A DNA stretch of 64,000 nucleotides, taken from positions 496,001 through 560,000 of the forward strand of contig OZ251247.1 in NCBI GenBank assembly GCA_965240325.2, read 5' to 3'. Origin of the DNA: Rebecca billardiae RCC1528 (Eukaryota > Protista > Haptophyta). The notes under the pieces are model-generated. The model saw only the letters and a program-made list of their open reading frames with translations. It had not been told where the DNA came from and searched no databases. This document shows positions 33,200-44,383 of the stretch, piece after piece; positions within the stretch are counted from its first letter, which is position 1, and every line of letters begins with the position of its first letter. The translations under genes were made by a program, and so were the position numbers.

Positions 33200-34648
33200 A
33201 TGGCGCGCACGGATCAGGCGCCCTCACGCCCCCGAGCGCTCGACGACTTGCCTGCAGAGGTGCTCGACCGCATCATCGCACCCCTGCCGCCGCGTGATCT
33301 CGCCAGCCTGAACGCCACCGCGCGCCTCTTCCACGCCGCGCCGCCTGGCGGGTGCTCGCCGGTCGAGCGCGCGCTGCGCGAGCGAGCGCGCGCGCGCGGG
33401 CACGATCGCGCGCTGCCACCGACGCTCCCCACGCGCGAGTCGACGTGGACGGCGGAGCTGTTCGCGCGCGAGCGCGTGCTCGAGCTCGCGAGCGCGCACG
33501 CATCTCCCGTGGCGGCCGGCGACGGCTTCAGCGCGTTTGTGGACGCGGAGGGCGGGCTGCACACGTGCGGCGAGGAGGAGGTGTGGGACGAGCACGGGGA
33601 GCTGACGGGCGAGTACCGTCCGCACATTGCGACCAGCCGCCAAGGCGTCGAAGCGGTGCTCGTGCCGATGCGGGCCATCTCGCTCAGCGCAGTGCGCGTG
33701 CGCTCCGTGGCCGCTAGCTACCACCACCTGCTTGCGCTGAGCGATGCCGGCACAGTGTACGGCTGCGGCTACAACGACAACGGCCAGCTGGGGCTGGGGG
33801 ACAAGGACGAGCGGCGTTCGTTCGCTCTGGTTGTCGCCATGCGAGAGGAGCCCGCCGTGTGCATCGCTGCTGCCGGGTTCCACAGCCTCGCGCTCACCGC
33901 CGCGGGCTGCGCGTGCAGCTGGGGCTGCAACGACCACGGCCAGCTCGGCCACGGCGACACGGAGCAGCGGTTGAAGCCGACGCGCATCGAGGCGCTGGAT
34001 GGCGTGCGCGTGGGCGCGCTCTGCGCGGGGCCGCTGCACACGCTGCTGCTCTCGTCAGATGGTGCCGTCTTCTCATGCGGCCATGGCTTGAACGGCCAGC
34101 TCGGCCACGGCGACGAGCAGGATCAGCACGCGCCGAGGCGCATCGAGGCGCTCGTGGGCGTGCGCGCCGTGCACGTGAGAGCTGGCGGTGAGCACAGCCT
34201 GGTGGTCGACGCGGATGGTGGCGTGCACTCGTGTGGCTCTGGCAGCTATGGGGAGCTTGGGCATGGCGAAGCGGGCCATCATTCCGCCCCCACGCGCATC
34301 GAGGCCCTTGCAGGCATGCGCGCTGCATGCGCCAGCGCCTGCCTCGACTGCAGCGCGGTGCTGGGCGCGGACGGCAGCGTGCACACGTTCGGGCTCAACG
34401 TGTATGGTCCGCTGGGGCACCCGGGCTCTGGCAAGCTGCAGCTGCCCATGCGTGTGCACGCGCTCGCGCACGCGCGCGTCACGCGCTGCTCGCTGTCCAG
34501 CGCCCACGCGCTGTACGTGACAGAGGATGGATGTGTGTACTCGTGCGGCCAGCACTCGGCAGCGCTCGGCCATGGCGTGAGCATGGCCGCCCGTCATGCG
34601 GGGTCGGTGCGGACGCCCACGCGCATCGAGCAGCTGCCGCGTTTGTGA
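33200..34648 (+). CDS. F-box-like + 7x RCC1-repeat protein (copy 7, about 482 aa)
   Basis: MARTDQAPSRPRALDDLPAEVLDRII..., then seven blades. Start inferred from paralogues. Confidence 0.9.
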   Translation: MARTDQAPSRPRALDDLPAEVLDRIIAPLPPRDLASLNATARLFHAAPPGGCSPVERALRERARARGHDRALPPTLPTRESTWTAELFARERVLELASAHASPVAAGDGFSAFVDAEGGLHTCGEEEVWDEHGELTGEYRPHIATSRQGVEAVLVPMRAISLSAVRVRSVAASYHHLLALSDAGTVYGCGYNDNGQLGLGDKDERRSFALVVAMREEPAVCIAAAGFHSLALTAAGCACSWGCNDHGQLGHGDTEQRLKPTRIEALDGVRVGALCAGPLHTLLLSSDGAVFSCGHGLNGQLGHGDEQDQHAPRRIEALVGVRAVHVRAGGEHSLVVDADGGVHSCGSGSYGELGHGEAGHHSAPTRIEALAGMRAACASACLDCSAVLGADGSVHTFGLNVYGPLGHPGSGKLQLPMRVHALAHARVTRCSLSSAHALYVTEDGCVYSCGQHSAALGHGVSMAARHAGSVRTPTRIEQLPRL

Positions 34649-34952
34649 CACACGGGTCGGCATTATGAGCCCTGCGCGTTGGATGCTGCGGCGCTGTGCG
34701 AGAAGCTGAATAGCTGCCTGCGGCCCTCGGCCCGTCCACGGCCCGGCCTGCAGTCGCCAGTCGCCAGTCGCCACTAGCACTTGGCGGCGTTCGAACGTGC
34801 CAGTGCGGCCTGGCCGCTTGGGCCAAGACAGACGACGGTTGGCGCCGGGGAGTGGTCAATGGCGCATCACACCGACATCCGGACTCACCAACGCCGGCCG
34901 GGCCGCACTGTGCCGCGCAACGACGCTTCGCCCGCGCGAACAGCCCCGAGCT

Positions 34953-36416
34953 ATGGCGGGCACGGACCAGGCGCCCCCACGCCCCCGAGCGCTCGACGAC
35001 CTGCCTGCAGAAGTGCTCGACCGCATCATCGCACACCTGCCGCCACACGATCTCGCCAGCCTGAACGCCACCGCGCGCCTCTTCCATGACGCGCCGCCCG
35101 GCGAGCGCTCGCCGGTCGAGCGCGCGCTGCGCGAGCGAGCGCGCGCGCGCGGCCACGATCGCGCGCTGCCGCCGACGCTGCCCGCGCACGTGTCGACATG
35201 GACGGCGGAGCTGCTTGCGCGCGAGCGCGTGCTCGAGCTCGCGTGCGCGCACGCATCTCCCGTGGCGGCTGGCTATAGCATCAGCGCGTTTGTGGACGCG
35301 GAGGGCGGGCTGCACACGTGCGGCGAGGAGGAGGTGGGGGCCCGGTACGGGGAGCCGACGGGCGAGTACCGTCCGCATCTGGCGAGCAGCCACCAAGGCG
35401 TCGAAGGGGCGCTCGTGCCGATGCGGGCCATCTCGCTCAGCGCAGTGCGCGTGCGCTCCGTGGCCGCTAGCTACCACCACCTGCTTGCGCTGAGCGATGC
35501 CGGCGCCGTGTACGGCTGCGGCGACAACACGTTCGGCCAGCTGGGGCTGGGGGACAAGGACGAGCGGCGTTCGTTCGCTCTCGTTGACGCGTTGCGAGAG
35601 GAGCCCGCCGTGTGCATCGCTGCTGGCGGGGGCCACAGCCTGGCGCTCACCGCCGCTGGCTGTGTGTACAGCTGGGGCTGCAACGGGCTCGGCCAGCTTG
35701 GCCACGGCGACAGGAAGGAGCGGTGGGAGCCGACGCGCATCGAGGCGCTGGATGGCGTGTGGGTGGGCGGCGTGGCCGCGGGACATGAGCACACGCTGCT
35801 GCTCTCGACCAGTGGGGCCGTGTACTCGTGCGGCCATGGCCGCAGGGGCCGTCTCGGCCACGGCGACGAGCAGCATCAGCACACGCCGAGGCGCATCGAG
35901 GCGCTCGCGGGCGTGCGCGCCGTGCACGTGAGCGCGGGCCATGGCCACTCGTTCGGATCGGGCGGCCATGCCGAGCTTGGGCATGGTGGACGGTGCTACC
36001 GTGACGCCCCCACGCGCATCGAGGCCCTTGCAGGCGCGCGTGCCGTGCGCGCCAGCGCTGGCTTTGACAGCAGCGCGGTGCTGGGCGCGGACGGCAGCGT
36101 GCACACGTTCGGGCTCAACGTGTACGGTCCGCTGGGGCATCCGGGCTCTGGCAAGCTGCAGCTGCCCATGCGTGTGCACGCGCTCGCGCACGCGCGTGTA
36201 ACGCGCTGTTCGCTCGGCGTTGCCCACGCGCTGTACGTCACCGCTGACGGCGCTGTGTACTCGTGCGGCCAGCAGTCGGCAGCACTCGGCCAGGGCGTAA
36301 GCATGGCCGCCGCCTGGCCCGGGGCTGCGGAGGGAGGTGCCAGGACACTGCGGACGCCCACGCGCATCGAGCAGGCACCGCGTCTGCGTCTGCACGGGGG
36401 GCTCGGCTCTGCGTGA
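34953..36416 (+). CDS. F-box-like + RCC1-repeat protein (copy 8, about 487 aa) with an in-frame deletion in blade 5
   Basis: As copy 7, but HVSAGHGHSFGSGG lacks the SLVVDAxGxVH segment found in the other copies. Confidence 0.85.
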   Translation: MAGTDQAPPRPRALDDLPAEVLDRIIAHLPPHDLASLNATARLFHDAPPGERSPVERALRERARARGHDRALPPTLPAHVSTWTAELLARERVLELACAHASPVAAGYSISAFVDAEGGLHTCGEEEVGARYGEPTGEYRPHLASSHQGVEGALVPMRAISLSAVRVRSVAASYHHLLALSDAGAVYGCGDNTFGQLGLGDKDERRSFALVDALREEPAVCIAAGGGHSLALTAAGCVYSWGCNGLGQLGHGDRKERWEPTRIEALDGVWVGGVAAGHEHTLLLSTSGAVYSCGHGRRGRLGHGDEQHQHTPRRIEALAGVRAVHVSAGHGHSFGSGGHAELGHGGRCYRDAPTRIEALAGARAVRASAGFDSSAVLGADGSVHTFGLNVYGPLGHPGSGKLQLPMRVHALAHARVTRCSLGVAHALYVTADGAVYSCGQQSAALGQGVSMAAAWPGAAEGGARTLRTPTRIEQAPRLRLHGGLGSA

Positions 36417-36707
36417 GCTCTGTGCGTTGGCTGCTAGGTCATCGTGGCACGCTGAGTGGCGCAGTGCGCACAGAACTACACTTATGTCTTATTGCTATGA
36501 TGCGTTATTACTTATTGCGTGCAGACCTGGAGTCCCGGAGGCCGGAGTCCGGGCCCAAACGGTGAGTCTGAACCGGCGGCCAACCGTCAAACACAATTCT
36601 GGTCGGTTCGGTCCAGACGAGCCGCGCGGGCGGGCGGAACTGAAACATCAGTACCACTTTTCAAGTTTTCAGCGCCGCCGCGCGGCCCGCCGCCGGCGCC
36701 GACCGCG

Positions 36708-38237
36708 ATGGTACCAACGACGCGGCACGAGGGCGCGGGGTGCTCGGCGACGCCAGCGCTGCGCCTTGCGGACCTGCCGGACGAGGTCCTCGAACGCGTC
36801 CTGCTCGCGCTCGAGTGGGCGCGCGACCTCGCCGTGGCCAACGCCACCTCGCGCCTCTTCCGCGGCGCGCCGCCCGGCGGCCGCTCGGCGGTCGAGCACG
36901 CGCTGCGCGCGCGCGTGCGCGCGCGCGGGCACGAGCACGCGCTGCCCACCGAGCTGCCCGCGCAGGCGTGCACGTGGTCGTCCGAGCTCATCGCGCGCGA
37001 GCGCGTGCTCGAGCTCGCGCGGGCGCACGCGCTGCCCGCGGCCGCCGGCGGCGAGTGTGAGTTTAGCGCGTTCAGCGCGTTTGTGGACGCGGCGGGCGCG
37101 CTGCACACGTGCGGCGAGGAGGACCGGGACGAGGCGGACGAGGAGCGCACTTGCGCGGCGATGGGTCACCCGGACGTGCGCGAGGTGATCGTGCCCACGC
37201 GCGTGCCCTCGCTCTCCGCGGTGCGCGTGCTCGCGGTCGCGGCCGGCCGAGAGCACCTGCTCGCGCTTGGCGACGGCGGCGCCGTGTACAGCTGCGGCAG
37301 CAACCGCGACGGGCAGCTCGGGCTCGGCGAGGCGTGCCGGTGCCGCACGTTCCAGCGCGTCGCCGAGGGCGCGGGCCAGTGGTTTGTCGGCGTCGCCGCC
37401 GCCGGCCGGCACAGCCTCGCGCTCAGCGCCGCTGGGTGTGCGTACAGCTGGGGCTGGGGCCATTACGGCCAGCTCGGACACGGCGGCTCTGAGGCGCGGT
37501 GGGAGCCGACGCGGATCGAGGCGCTGGAGGGCGTGCGCGTGGGCGGCGTCGCTGCGGGGTTCTTCCACACGCTGCTGCTCTCCGCCGCGGGCGACGTCTA
37601 CTCGTGCGGCTGCGGCGCGCACGGGCGCCTCGGCCACGGCGACAGGCAGGGCCAGCTCACGCCGACGCGCATCGAGGCGCTGGACGGCGTGCGCGCCGTG
37701 CACGTGAGCGCGGGCCTGCGGCACAGCCTGCTCGTCGACGCGGACGGCCGCGTGCACTCGTTCGGCTCGGGCGCGGCGGGCTGCCTCGGCCACGGCGACG
37801 AGGCCACGCAGCTTCTGCCCAAGCCCATCGCCGCGCTGGCGGGCGTGCGCGCCGTGCGCGCGTGCGCGGGCATGGGCAGCAGCGCGGTGCTGGGCGCGGA
37901 CGGCAGCGTGCACACGTTCGGCGACAACGAGCAAGGGCAGCTCGGGCTCGGCTCGGAGCGCGAGTGCGCGCGGCTGCCCGCGCGCGTCGACGCCCTCGCG
38001 CACCAGCCCGTGCTCGGCTGCTCGCTCGGCTGGGAGCACGCGCTGCTCGTAACTGCCGACGGTGCCGTGCACTCGTGCGGCACCCGCTCGGCCGCGCTCG
38101 GCCACGGCGCGTCTGCGAGCTCAGCAGCCGCCGCCGCCGTCGGTACGGGCGGTGGCGGCCGCGCGGAGCTGCGCGCGCCGGCGCGGATCGCGCGGCTGCC
38201 GCCCGTGGACGCTGCGGCCGCGCGCTGCGCCGTGTAG
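36708..38237 (+). CDS. F-box-like + 7x RCC1-repeat protein (copy 9, about 509 aa; most GC-pure codons)
   Basis: LADLPDEVLERVLLALEWARDLAVANATSRLF, then seven blades. AT-rich promoter-like patch at 36588-36671. Confidence 0.92.
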   Translation: MVPTTRHEGAGCSATPALRLADLPDEVLERVLLALEWARDLAVANATSRLFRGAPPGGRSAVEHALRARVRARGHEHALPTELPAQACTWSSELIARERVLELARAHALPAAAGGECEFSAFSAFVDAAGALHTCGEEDRDEADEERTCAAMGHPDVREVIVPTRVPSLSAVRVLAVAAGREHLLALGDGGAVYSCGSNRDGQLGLGEACRCRTFQRVAEGAGQWFVGVAAAGRHSLALSAAGCAYSWGWGHYGQLGHGGSEARWEPTRIEALEGVRVGGVAAGFFHTLLLSAAGDVYSCGCGAHGRLGHGDRQGQLTPTRIEALDGVRAVHVSAGLRHSLLVDADGRVHSFGSGAAGCLGHGDEATQLLPKPIAALAGVRAVRACAGMGSSAVLGADGSVHTFGDNEQGQLGLGSERECARLPARVDALAHQPVLGCSLGWEHALLVTADGAVHSCGTRSAALGHGASASSAAAAAVGTGGGGRAELRAPARIARLPPVDAAAARCAV

Positions 38238-38620
38238 GCGCGCAAGAGCCACCCGCCGACGCGCGGGTCCGGTTCCAGGCGGTCTTTGAATTGTCGGACG
38301 CCCCGCGGTCGCCGCGACCGAGCGCGTCGCCAGGCCACCCGCCAGCGGACGCTCATCACACAGGGCACGCACCGACTGTGCATGCGCGTATATGGCGACA
38401 CGTCAGCAGCGCGGCCGGCTCGACGAGCGTGTCGTGGGCTAGCCGTACACGCACCGCAAGCCGAGAGTGGGCCGTGACGGTGGCCCGTTTCGACGATCGT
38501 TCGTGTAAGCTATGTTGTACGCGTGCTTGGTAGGGCGGGAGCGGCCAACCGCCATATCTGACAATATCTCCCCCGCCAACCGCCATTTCCACTGCAGGAG
38601 CACGCAAGTAGCGTGGCCTC

Positions 38621-40144
38621 ATGAGCGACACACCGATCAAGCGCCACGCGAGCGCGGCGCGCCCGGTGAGAGCGACGTCACAGCTCACCTGCCTGCCCGC
38701 TGAGGTCATCGAGCGCATGTTGATGGCGCTTGATCATCCGCGTGACCTCGCCGCCGCGAACGCCGTCTCGCGCCTCTTCCGCGGCGCACCCGGCGGTCGC
38801 TCGCCGGTCGAGCACGCGCTGCGCGAGCGCGCTCGTGCTCGCGGGCACGCGCGCGCGCTGCCGCCGACGCTGCCCGTGGGCGCCTGCACGTGGACGGAGG
38901 AGCTTTTCGACCGCGAGCGCGTGCTCGAGCTTGCGCGCGCGCACGCGAACGTCGTGGCTGCCGGCGGGGTCGACAAGGCGGGCTGCTTCAGCGCGTTTGT
39001 GGACGCGGAGGGCGGGCTGCACACGTGCGGCGAGGAGGAGGAGGTGGACGACGACGGGAACATGACGGGCGCGTACGTCCCGCCCATAGTCATCGGCCAC
39101 TCGGATCTGACGGCAATACGTGTGCCCACAAGCGTGGCCTCGCTCAGCGCAGTGCGCGTGCGTTCTGTGGCCGCTGGCAAGCACCACCTGCTTGCGCTGA
39201 GCGACGCCGGCACCGTGTACGGCTGCGGCGAGAACAGGTACGGCCAACTCGGGCTTGGCGACGACGACGAGAGGCGTGCATTCGCGCACATTCAGGCGCT
39301 CGAGAGCGAGGCCATTGTCGGCATCGCCGCTGGCTTTTACCACAGCCTCGCGCTCGCCGCCGCTGGCTGTGCGTACAGCTGGGGCGGCAACTACTGGGGC
39401 CAGCTCGGCCACGGCGACAAGAAGGAGCGGTGGGAGCCGACGCGGGTCGAGGCGCTGGACGGCGTGCGCGCTTGCGGGCTCTGCGCGGGGTGGCAGCACA
39501 CGCTGCTGCTCTCGTCGAGCGGTGCCGTCTACTCGTGTGGCAGTGACCTAGCCGGCAGGCTCGGCCACGGCGACCAGGAGGCTCAGCACACGCCGAGGCG
39601 CATCGAGGCGCTCGCGGGCGTGCGCGCTGTGCACGTGAGCGCGGGCAGTTACCACAGCCTGGTGGTGGACAGCGAGGGGGCGGTGTACTCGTGTGGGTAT
39701 GGCTTGTCTGGCAGGCTCGGGCACGGAGACACGCTCTTCGAGCTTGCGCCGAGGCGCGTCGACGCCCTGGCTGGCGTGCTAGCCGTGCGCGCGTGCGCTC
39801 GCGCAGACTCCAGCGGGGTGGTTGGCGCGGACGGCAGCGTGCACACCTTCGGGGACAACTGGCACGGCCAGCTTGGGCGCCCGGGGGTTGACGAGCTGCA
39901 GCTGCCCACGCGTGTGCACGCGCTTGCGAGTGCGCGCGTAACGCGCTGCTCGCTCGGCGTTGCCCACGGCTTGTACGTGACAGCCGACGGGGGTGTGTAC
40001 TCGTGCGGCCTGCAGTCGGCAGCGCTCGGCCACGGCGTGAGCATGGCCGCTGAGGCGGGGTTGCTGCGGACGCCCATGCGCATCGAGCAGCTGCCGCACG
40101 TGCAGCCGTTCGGCATCGGCGAGAGGGCGGCGCTGGCTTCGTGA
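38621..40144 (+). CDS. F-box-like + 7x RCC1-repeat protein (copy 10, 507 aa)
   Basis: LTCLPAEVIERMLMALDHPRDLAAANAVSRLF, then seven blades. Confidence 0.9.
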   Translation: MSDTPIKRHASAARPVRATSQLTCLPAEVIERMLMALDHPRDLAAANAVSRLFRGAPGGRSPVEHALRERARARGHARALPPTLPVGACTWTEELFDRERVLELARAHANVVAAGGVDKAGCFSAFVDAEGGLHTCGEEEEVDDDGNMTGAYVPPIVIGHSDLTAIRVPTSVASLSAVRVRSVAAGKHHLLALSDAGTVYGCGENRYGQLGLGDDDERRAFAHIQALESEAIVGIAAGFYHSLALAAAGCAYSWGGNYWGQLGHGDKKERWEPTRVEALDGVRACGLCAGWQHTLLLSSSGAVYSCGSDLAGRLGHGDQEAQHTPRRIEALAGVRAVHVSAGSYHSLVVDSEGAVYSCGYGLSGRLGHGDTLFELAPRRVDALAGVLAVRACARADSSGVVGADGSVHTFGDNWHGQLGRPGVDELQLPTRVHALASARVTRCSLGVAHGLYVTADGGVYSCGLQSAALGHGVSMAAEAGLLRTPMRIEQLPHVQPFGIGERAALAS

Positions 40145-41278
40145 ACGACCCCAGGAGCCGCTTGCTGCACGGCGATGCTCGCTGCGCACCTGAGGCGCTG
40201 CCGCCCCGTCGAGTGATGCCACAACTACTGCGCTGTGCACAATGCCGCGTCGTGTTCGTATACAATCGTACATATTCGCCGTACTGTCCATACGCTCGTA
40301 GCCGCGCCTGTAATACTATAATCATATCGTCAGCAGCGTAATATGTCAGACTCATCAGTGCGCACATGCACCGCCGTCACGCGGACACGGCTGTAAGTCG
40401 TACTGCTCGCGGAGTAGGCTGCGCACCCGCCCGCGCTGCGCCAGCAGCACCCGGGGCCCGGCCCCGGGCACTACAGCGGGTACCGTGTACAGGAGTGCCT
40501 GCATGTGCCAGCCGGCCGCAGTGCGGCCAACGGCAATATTGATATATATATATATCAATAACGCGGGCACTACGGCCAGCCCAGGCCGCGCGCGAGCAAT
40601 ACTAACTAATAGTGAGGCGCGCATCATCTCCGGAGACTGCGGGCTGCTCATCCGAACCAGGTCACCGACTGAGTCAGCTGCGCCGCCCATCATCTCACAC
40701 TGGGCCCGCTTAACAGTCGCGCTGACTACGTGGCTCGGCGTCAGAATCAACCATATCCAGCTGCCGATGGGCAGTGAATAGTATAATGAGCAGCGCGCCA
40801 ATGAGACGACGATATGAACCGGCTCCATATCATACTCATAGCCGGGCCTCACTAACTACTGACGACTGATTGACATTCCGAGCATCAACGCAGTTGATGC
40901 CCGGGGGGGACTTGGTCACTTGGTGCCGCCGTGCTGGGGGGGCGCGTCAGTCGGTGCCAGCTCCCGGTGAGTGAGTGAGAGTCCGTCTGCCACAAAAGGG
41001 ACGTCGGACCGGACTGCTAGTGAGTAGTGCGCTGACAGTGGCACTGAGTCAACAGCACTGCAGATCCAGGAGAGTCATATATATATATATATATATCCGA
41101 TATTGCGCGCGCGCGAATGCGCGATGATCTTGATGTCGTCGCGTCGTTACCGACGATGATGATCTGCTTAGTAGTAGTGGCGCGCTTAATTATTAGTCGG
41201 CGGTACCGCGGGAGCGCCGGCTCACGGACCATGTTATGGTACTAGCTTGACTATCAGTCACATCGTATAGCAGCAGAA

Positions 41279-43083
41279 CACAGTGAACACGCCCCAGCGG
41301 CGGAGCGGACAAACAAAACTGCTTGGGAACCGGCCGATTTGGCAGGGCGATGGCGGGATCTCAGTCGTCCGCCCGAGGCCTTCCGCCGTCACTCGGCCGC
41401 TCTAGCCGGGCCCACGGGCGCGATCATCCGTGGGCCCATCCCGTACTGGGCGGACCGTATAGCTGGCCATTACATGGGACACTAGCTCGGGTGTCGCGCC
41501 ACGACTCTGCCACGAGAAGAGCCCGCGTCCGAAGCAGGCGTGTTCGAGCTCGCAGCAGCACGCGATCGACATGTGATGCTTGCTCCCACCCGTCCCGATG
41601 GATGGCGGGCCTGGGTGGCTGTCTGAGTGGTTGGTTGGGTGCAAGTACTTGCCCGCATGCTCCTTTTGGACCGCTGGAAATGTCTCGCCCCCAATATCCT
41701 CCACCTCAAAAGTGCTGCACTAGTTGGCCGGTCGAGTGGCACGTCGAGCGCGTGCCCGTCGGGTCACATCCTCAAGCATTCAAGGTGGACCTGAGCATTG
41801 TTTGAGACGCGCCTAATGTCAGAAGGGCCATCGAGCGCGTCCTTCTCGTCCGACTTGGCGACTCATGCCTTCGCGTCTACGATGTGTACGGATCGGGCCC
41901 ATCTGACCGACTGCACAACGGGCTCTGAACAGCGACGGCCAGTGCACCAGGCGAATGGTGCCGGCCATGGCTGACGGTGCGTGTGCCCGCACACTGCGAG
42001 TGTGCTCGCGGACGCCCGCCTCCCCGACCGTCAGCGCCTCTGCGCACCAAGCTAGGGCTGCATGATTCCGACCCACTTTTGTGCTCACGCAATGATGCAG
42101 GCGGCGCGGCCCCTTCTGCGCACGCGCGCAGAACAGCTCGTTTGCGCTGACTCAGGGCGACCTGAGCGAGCTTGACTACATTCACGACCTCGTTGCGCAC
42201 TTGCGCACTCGACGACGTGCCGAGGTCGCGGTTCCGCCGATGGTAGCGTCTCGTTCGGGCGCACATCACAGCAGTGTGCATCCGTATCGGATGACGAATG
42301 CGAGCAACTCAGCGAGGCACAACCATGCCCAGTCGGGTGCGCTTTGGGGTGCCGCGCGAGTGCGAAGGCCTCGCATTCCACGATTCACATCGCTCACGTC
42401 ACCCTCTCTGCGTCGACCCACTGCCCACGCGCTTCGCGCGCCGTCGCGCAGATCACTGCTCATCAGCTTGCAGCTCAAAGGAGACGATGCGGTCGCGGCA
42501 GTGCGCTGGCTCGTCGAGCTGACGTGCCGCGGTCGCGGCAGCTGGGCGCCAGCTTGGCAGCTCGTGTGCGGTCTTCTTCCGCGAGCAGCTGCCGGCCTGC
42601 TTCAGCTTCGTGGGCAAGCGCGCGCGATGTCTTTGCGCGGGAGTGCGCAGGGTGCAGCTGCGGCAGCAAACGCATCGTGCTCGAGCAGCGCGCGAGGAGG
42701 CGGCACGGGCGATTCGAGGCTCATTCGAGTCGCGGTGACTCTGCCAGGGCATATACTCTCCACACCTCACCTACCGAGCTGGACCCTGTCTTCGCTTCCT
42801 CCAGCGATCCGCGCGCGCACACGCGGTGTTGACGGCTCGATCAGCCGCAGTCTCGGTGCCGTTCGGCGCCGAGCTCGAGGACGGGCAGGGCGAGCAGCTG
42901 CGCTGGCATGAGAGCTCTCTGACGCTTCTGACAGGGCGCTATGCGTGTCTAGCTGTCCGCTGACATGTCCCAGTCGCCGCAGGCCCTCCGTGGGCTCGGC
43001 CATCGAGCCTCACGCGAGCGACCCGCGAGGCGGGCGTCCGCCATTTTGTTTGTCCGCTTCGCCGCTGGGGCGTGTTCACTGTG
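41279..43083. mobile_element. Non-autonomous CACAGTG-ended TIR element (EnSpm/CMC-like), 40-bp TIR, 2-bp TSD AA
   Basis: cacagtgaacacgccccagcggcggagcggacaaacaaaa at 41279 matches the reverse complement ending 43083 with one mismatch. AA flanks both sides. Confidence 0.85.
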
Positions 43084-43904
43084 AAAGTACTCAGTATATC
43101 TGCCGTACTCTAGTCTGAAAGGGTGCCGGCCACCGCACGGGCGGTCCGGCAGCACTGCCCCGCCAGCGGTGCCGCGCGGCGCCACCGCGCCACTCACGGC
43201 CGTCATTGTCCGAACGCGCATATGACACTGTAACGACGACGTCCGAAGAATATATGTGGCGCTCGGAGTCGGACGCCGGGCGCCGGTCAGAGCCAGCGCC
43301 GGCAGCCCCGACAGGCGACACGGCCCCGGGCCCCGGATCCGCGCCGCACGCGGCCCGCCAGTCCGACGCAGAGTGACGACCATATCATCCGACGCCAGAG
43401 ACAGAGTGACCATCAGGTGAGTAGTGCAGTCTTAGTGCTGCGCTGGTGGCGGCTCGCCCCTGCACGTCAGTGCTCATCGCTGCATGGTGAATGGTCGCGC
43501 CGTCAAGCTGGCGCCGTACGTCAAACAGCGACCTTTGTCTGCTGCTGCAGACGGTGCCAGCGCTAGTGTCAGCCTCGCCGCCGCGTCGATGACAATGTGC
43601 AAGAGCCACTCGGCGCGCGCCGGCGCCACGGTGCTGTCGGCCTGGACGGCCCGGGGCGTGAGGGCGACTGCGAGCACGAGCCAAAGGGGAGCACGGCGCC
43701 GCCCGTGGCATATGCCACCTCGCCATCGCCGCGGACTCGCCACTCGGTGCCCCTTTGCGCCTGCACGGCCGGGCGTAGTCACCTAGGCACCAACGTGCGC
43801 CCCCAGAGAGCGGCGGGGGCCTGGCCGCGCCGCGCATGCAGCCATAACACGCCGTGCTGGAGAAGCAGAGTTCATGCCCGACAGTATGTAGCCAGTGCGT
43901 AGCG

Positions 43905-44357
43905 CTATGCTTGCCACTTGTCCGTCTCGCTCGGGCTCGGGCGCGCCATGCGAGCACGGACGACGCCATTGCGTCGCGCGCCCAGTGCCGTGTGACTGCT
44001 GCGCACCGGCCCTCCCAGTGCGAAGGACCAGTGCGCCGAGGCGTCCGCTTCGGGCACGCCTGGGCGCTCGGTCAGGCCCTCGCAGCACTCGTACTTCGGG
44101 TCGCCAAACTGCCACTGGTCGCCGCCCTCAGGCGTGCAGGCGCGCACGCCGAGGCACGCGAAGGTCCACGCCGTGTCGGCCGCGCCAACGCTGTCCCCGA
44201 GGCACTCCATCCGCTCGGGGCAGCAGGGCAACTTCGGCCCAGCCGCCCAGGCACGGATCGCGTCGGCGTAGATCAGCGGCTGGCCGTGACTTTGATGGTG
44301 AAGGTCGCGCTCGTCGGTGCAAATCACTCCGGTCTCCGGCAAGTCCGGGCCGGCCAC
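43905..44357 (-). pseudogene. Possible gene fragment with two Cys-rich modules
   Basis: CTDERD...LPCCP and CTPEGGDQW...YECCEGL look like a repeated small disulfide module. No ATG start or signal peptide. Confidence 0.3.
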
Positions 44358-44383
44358 CCGTCTCGGCGGCGCGAATCGCGAGG

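Noticed and set aside
31187-36395. Long antisense ORFs opposite the RCC1 genes (also at 36669, 59344 and 61398)
   Set aside because: Shadow frames of high-GC coding sequence.
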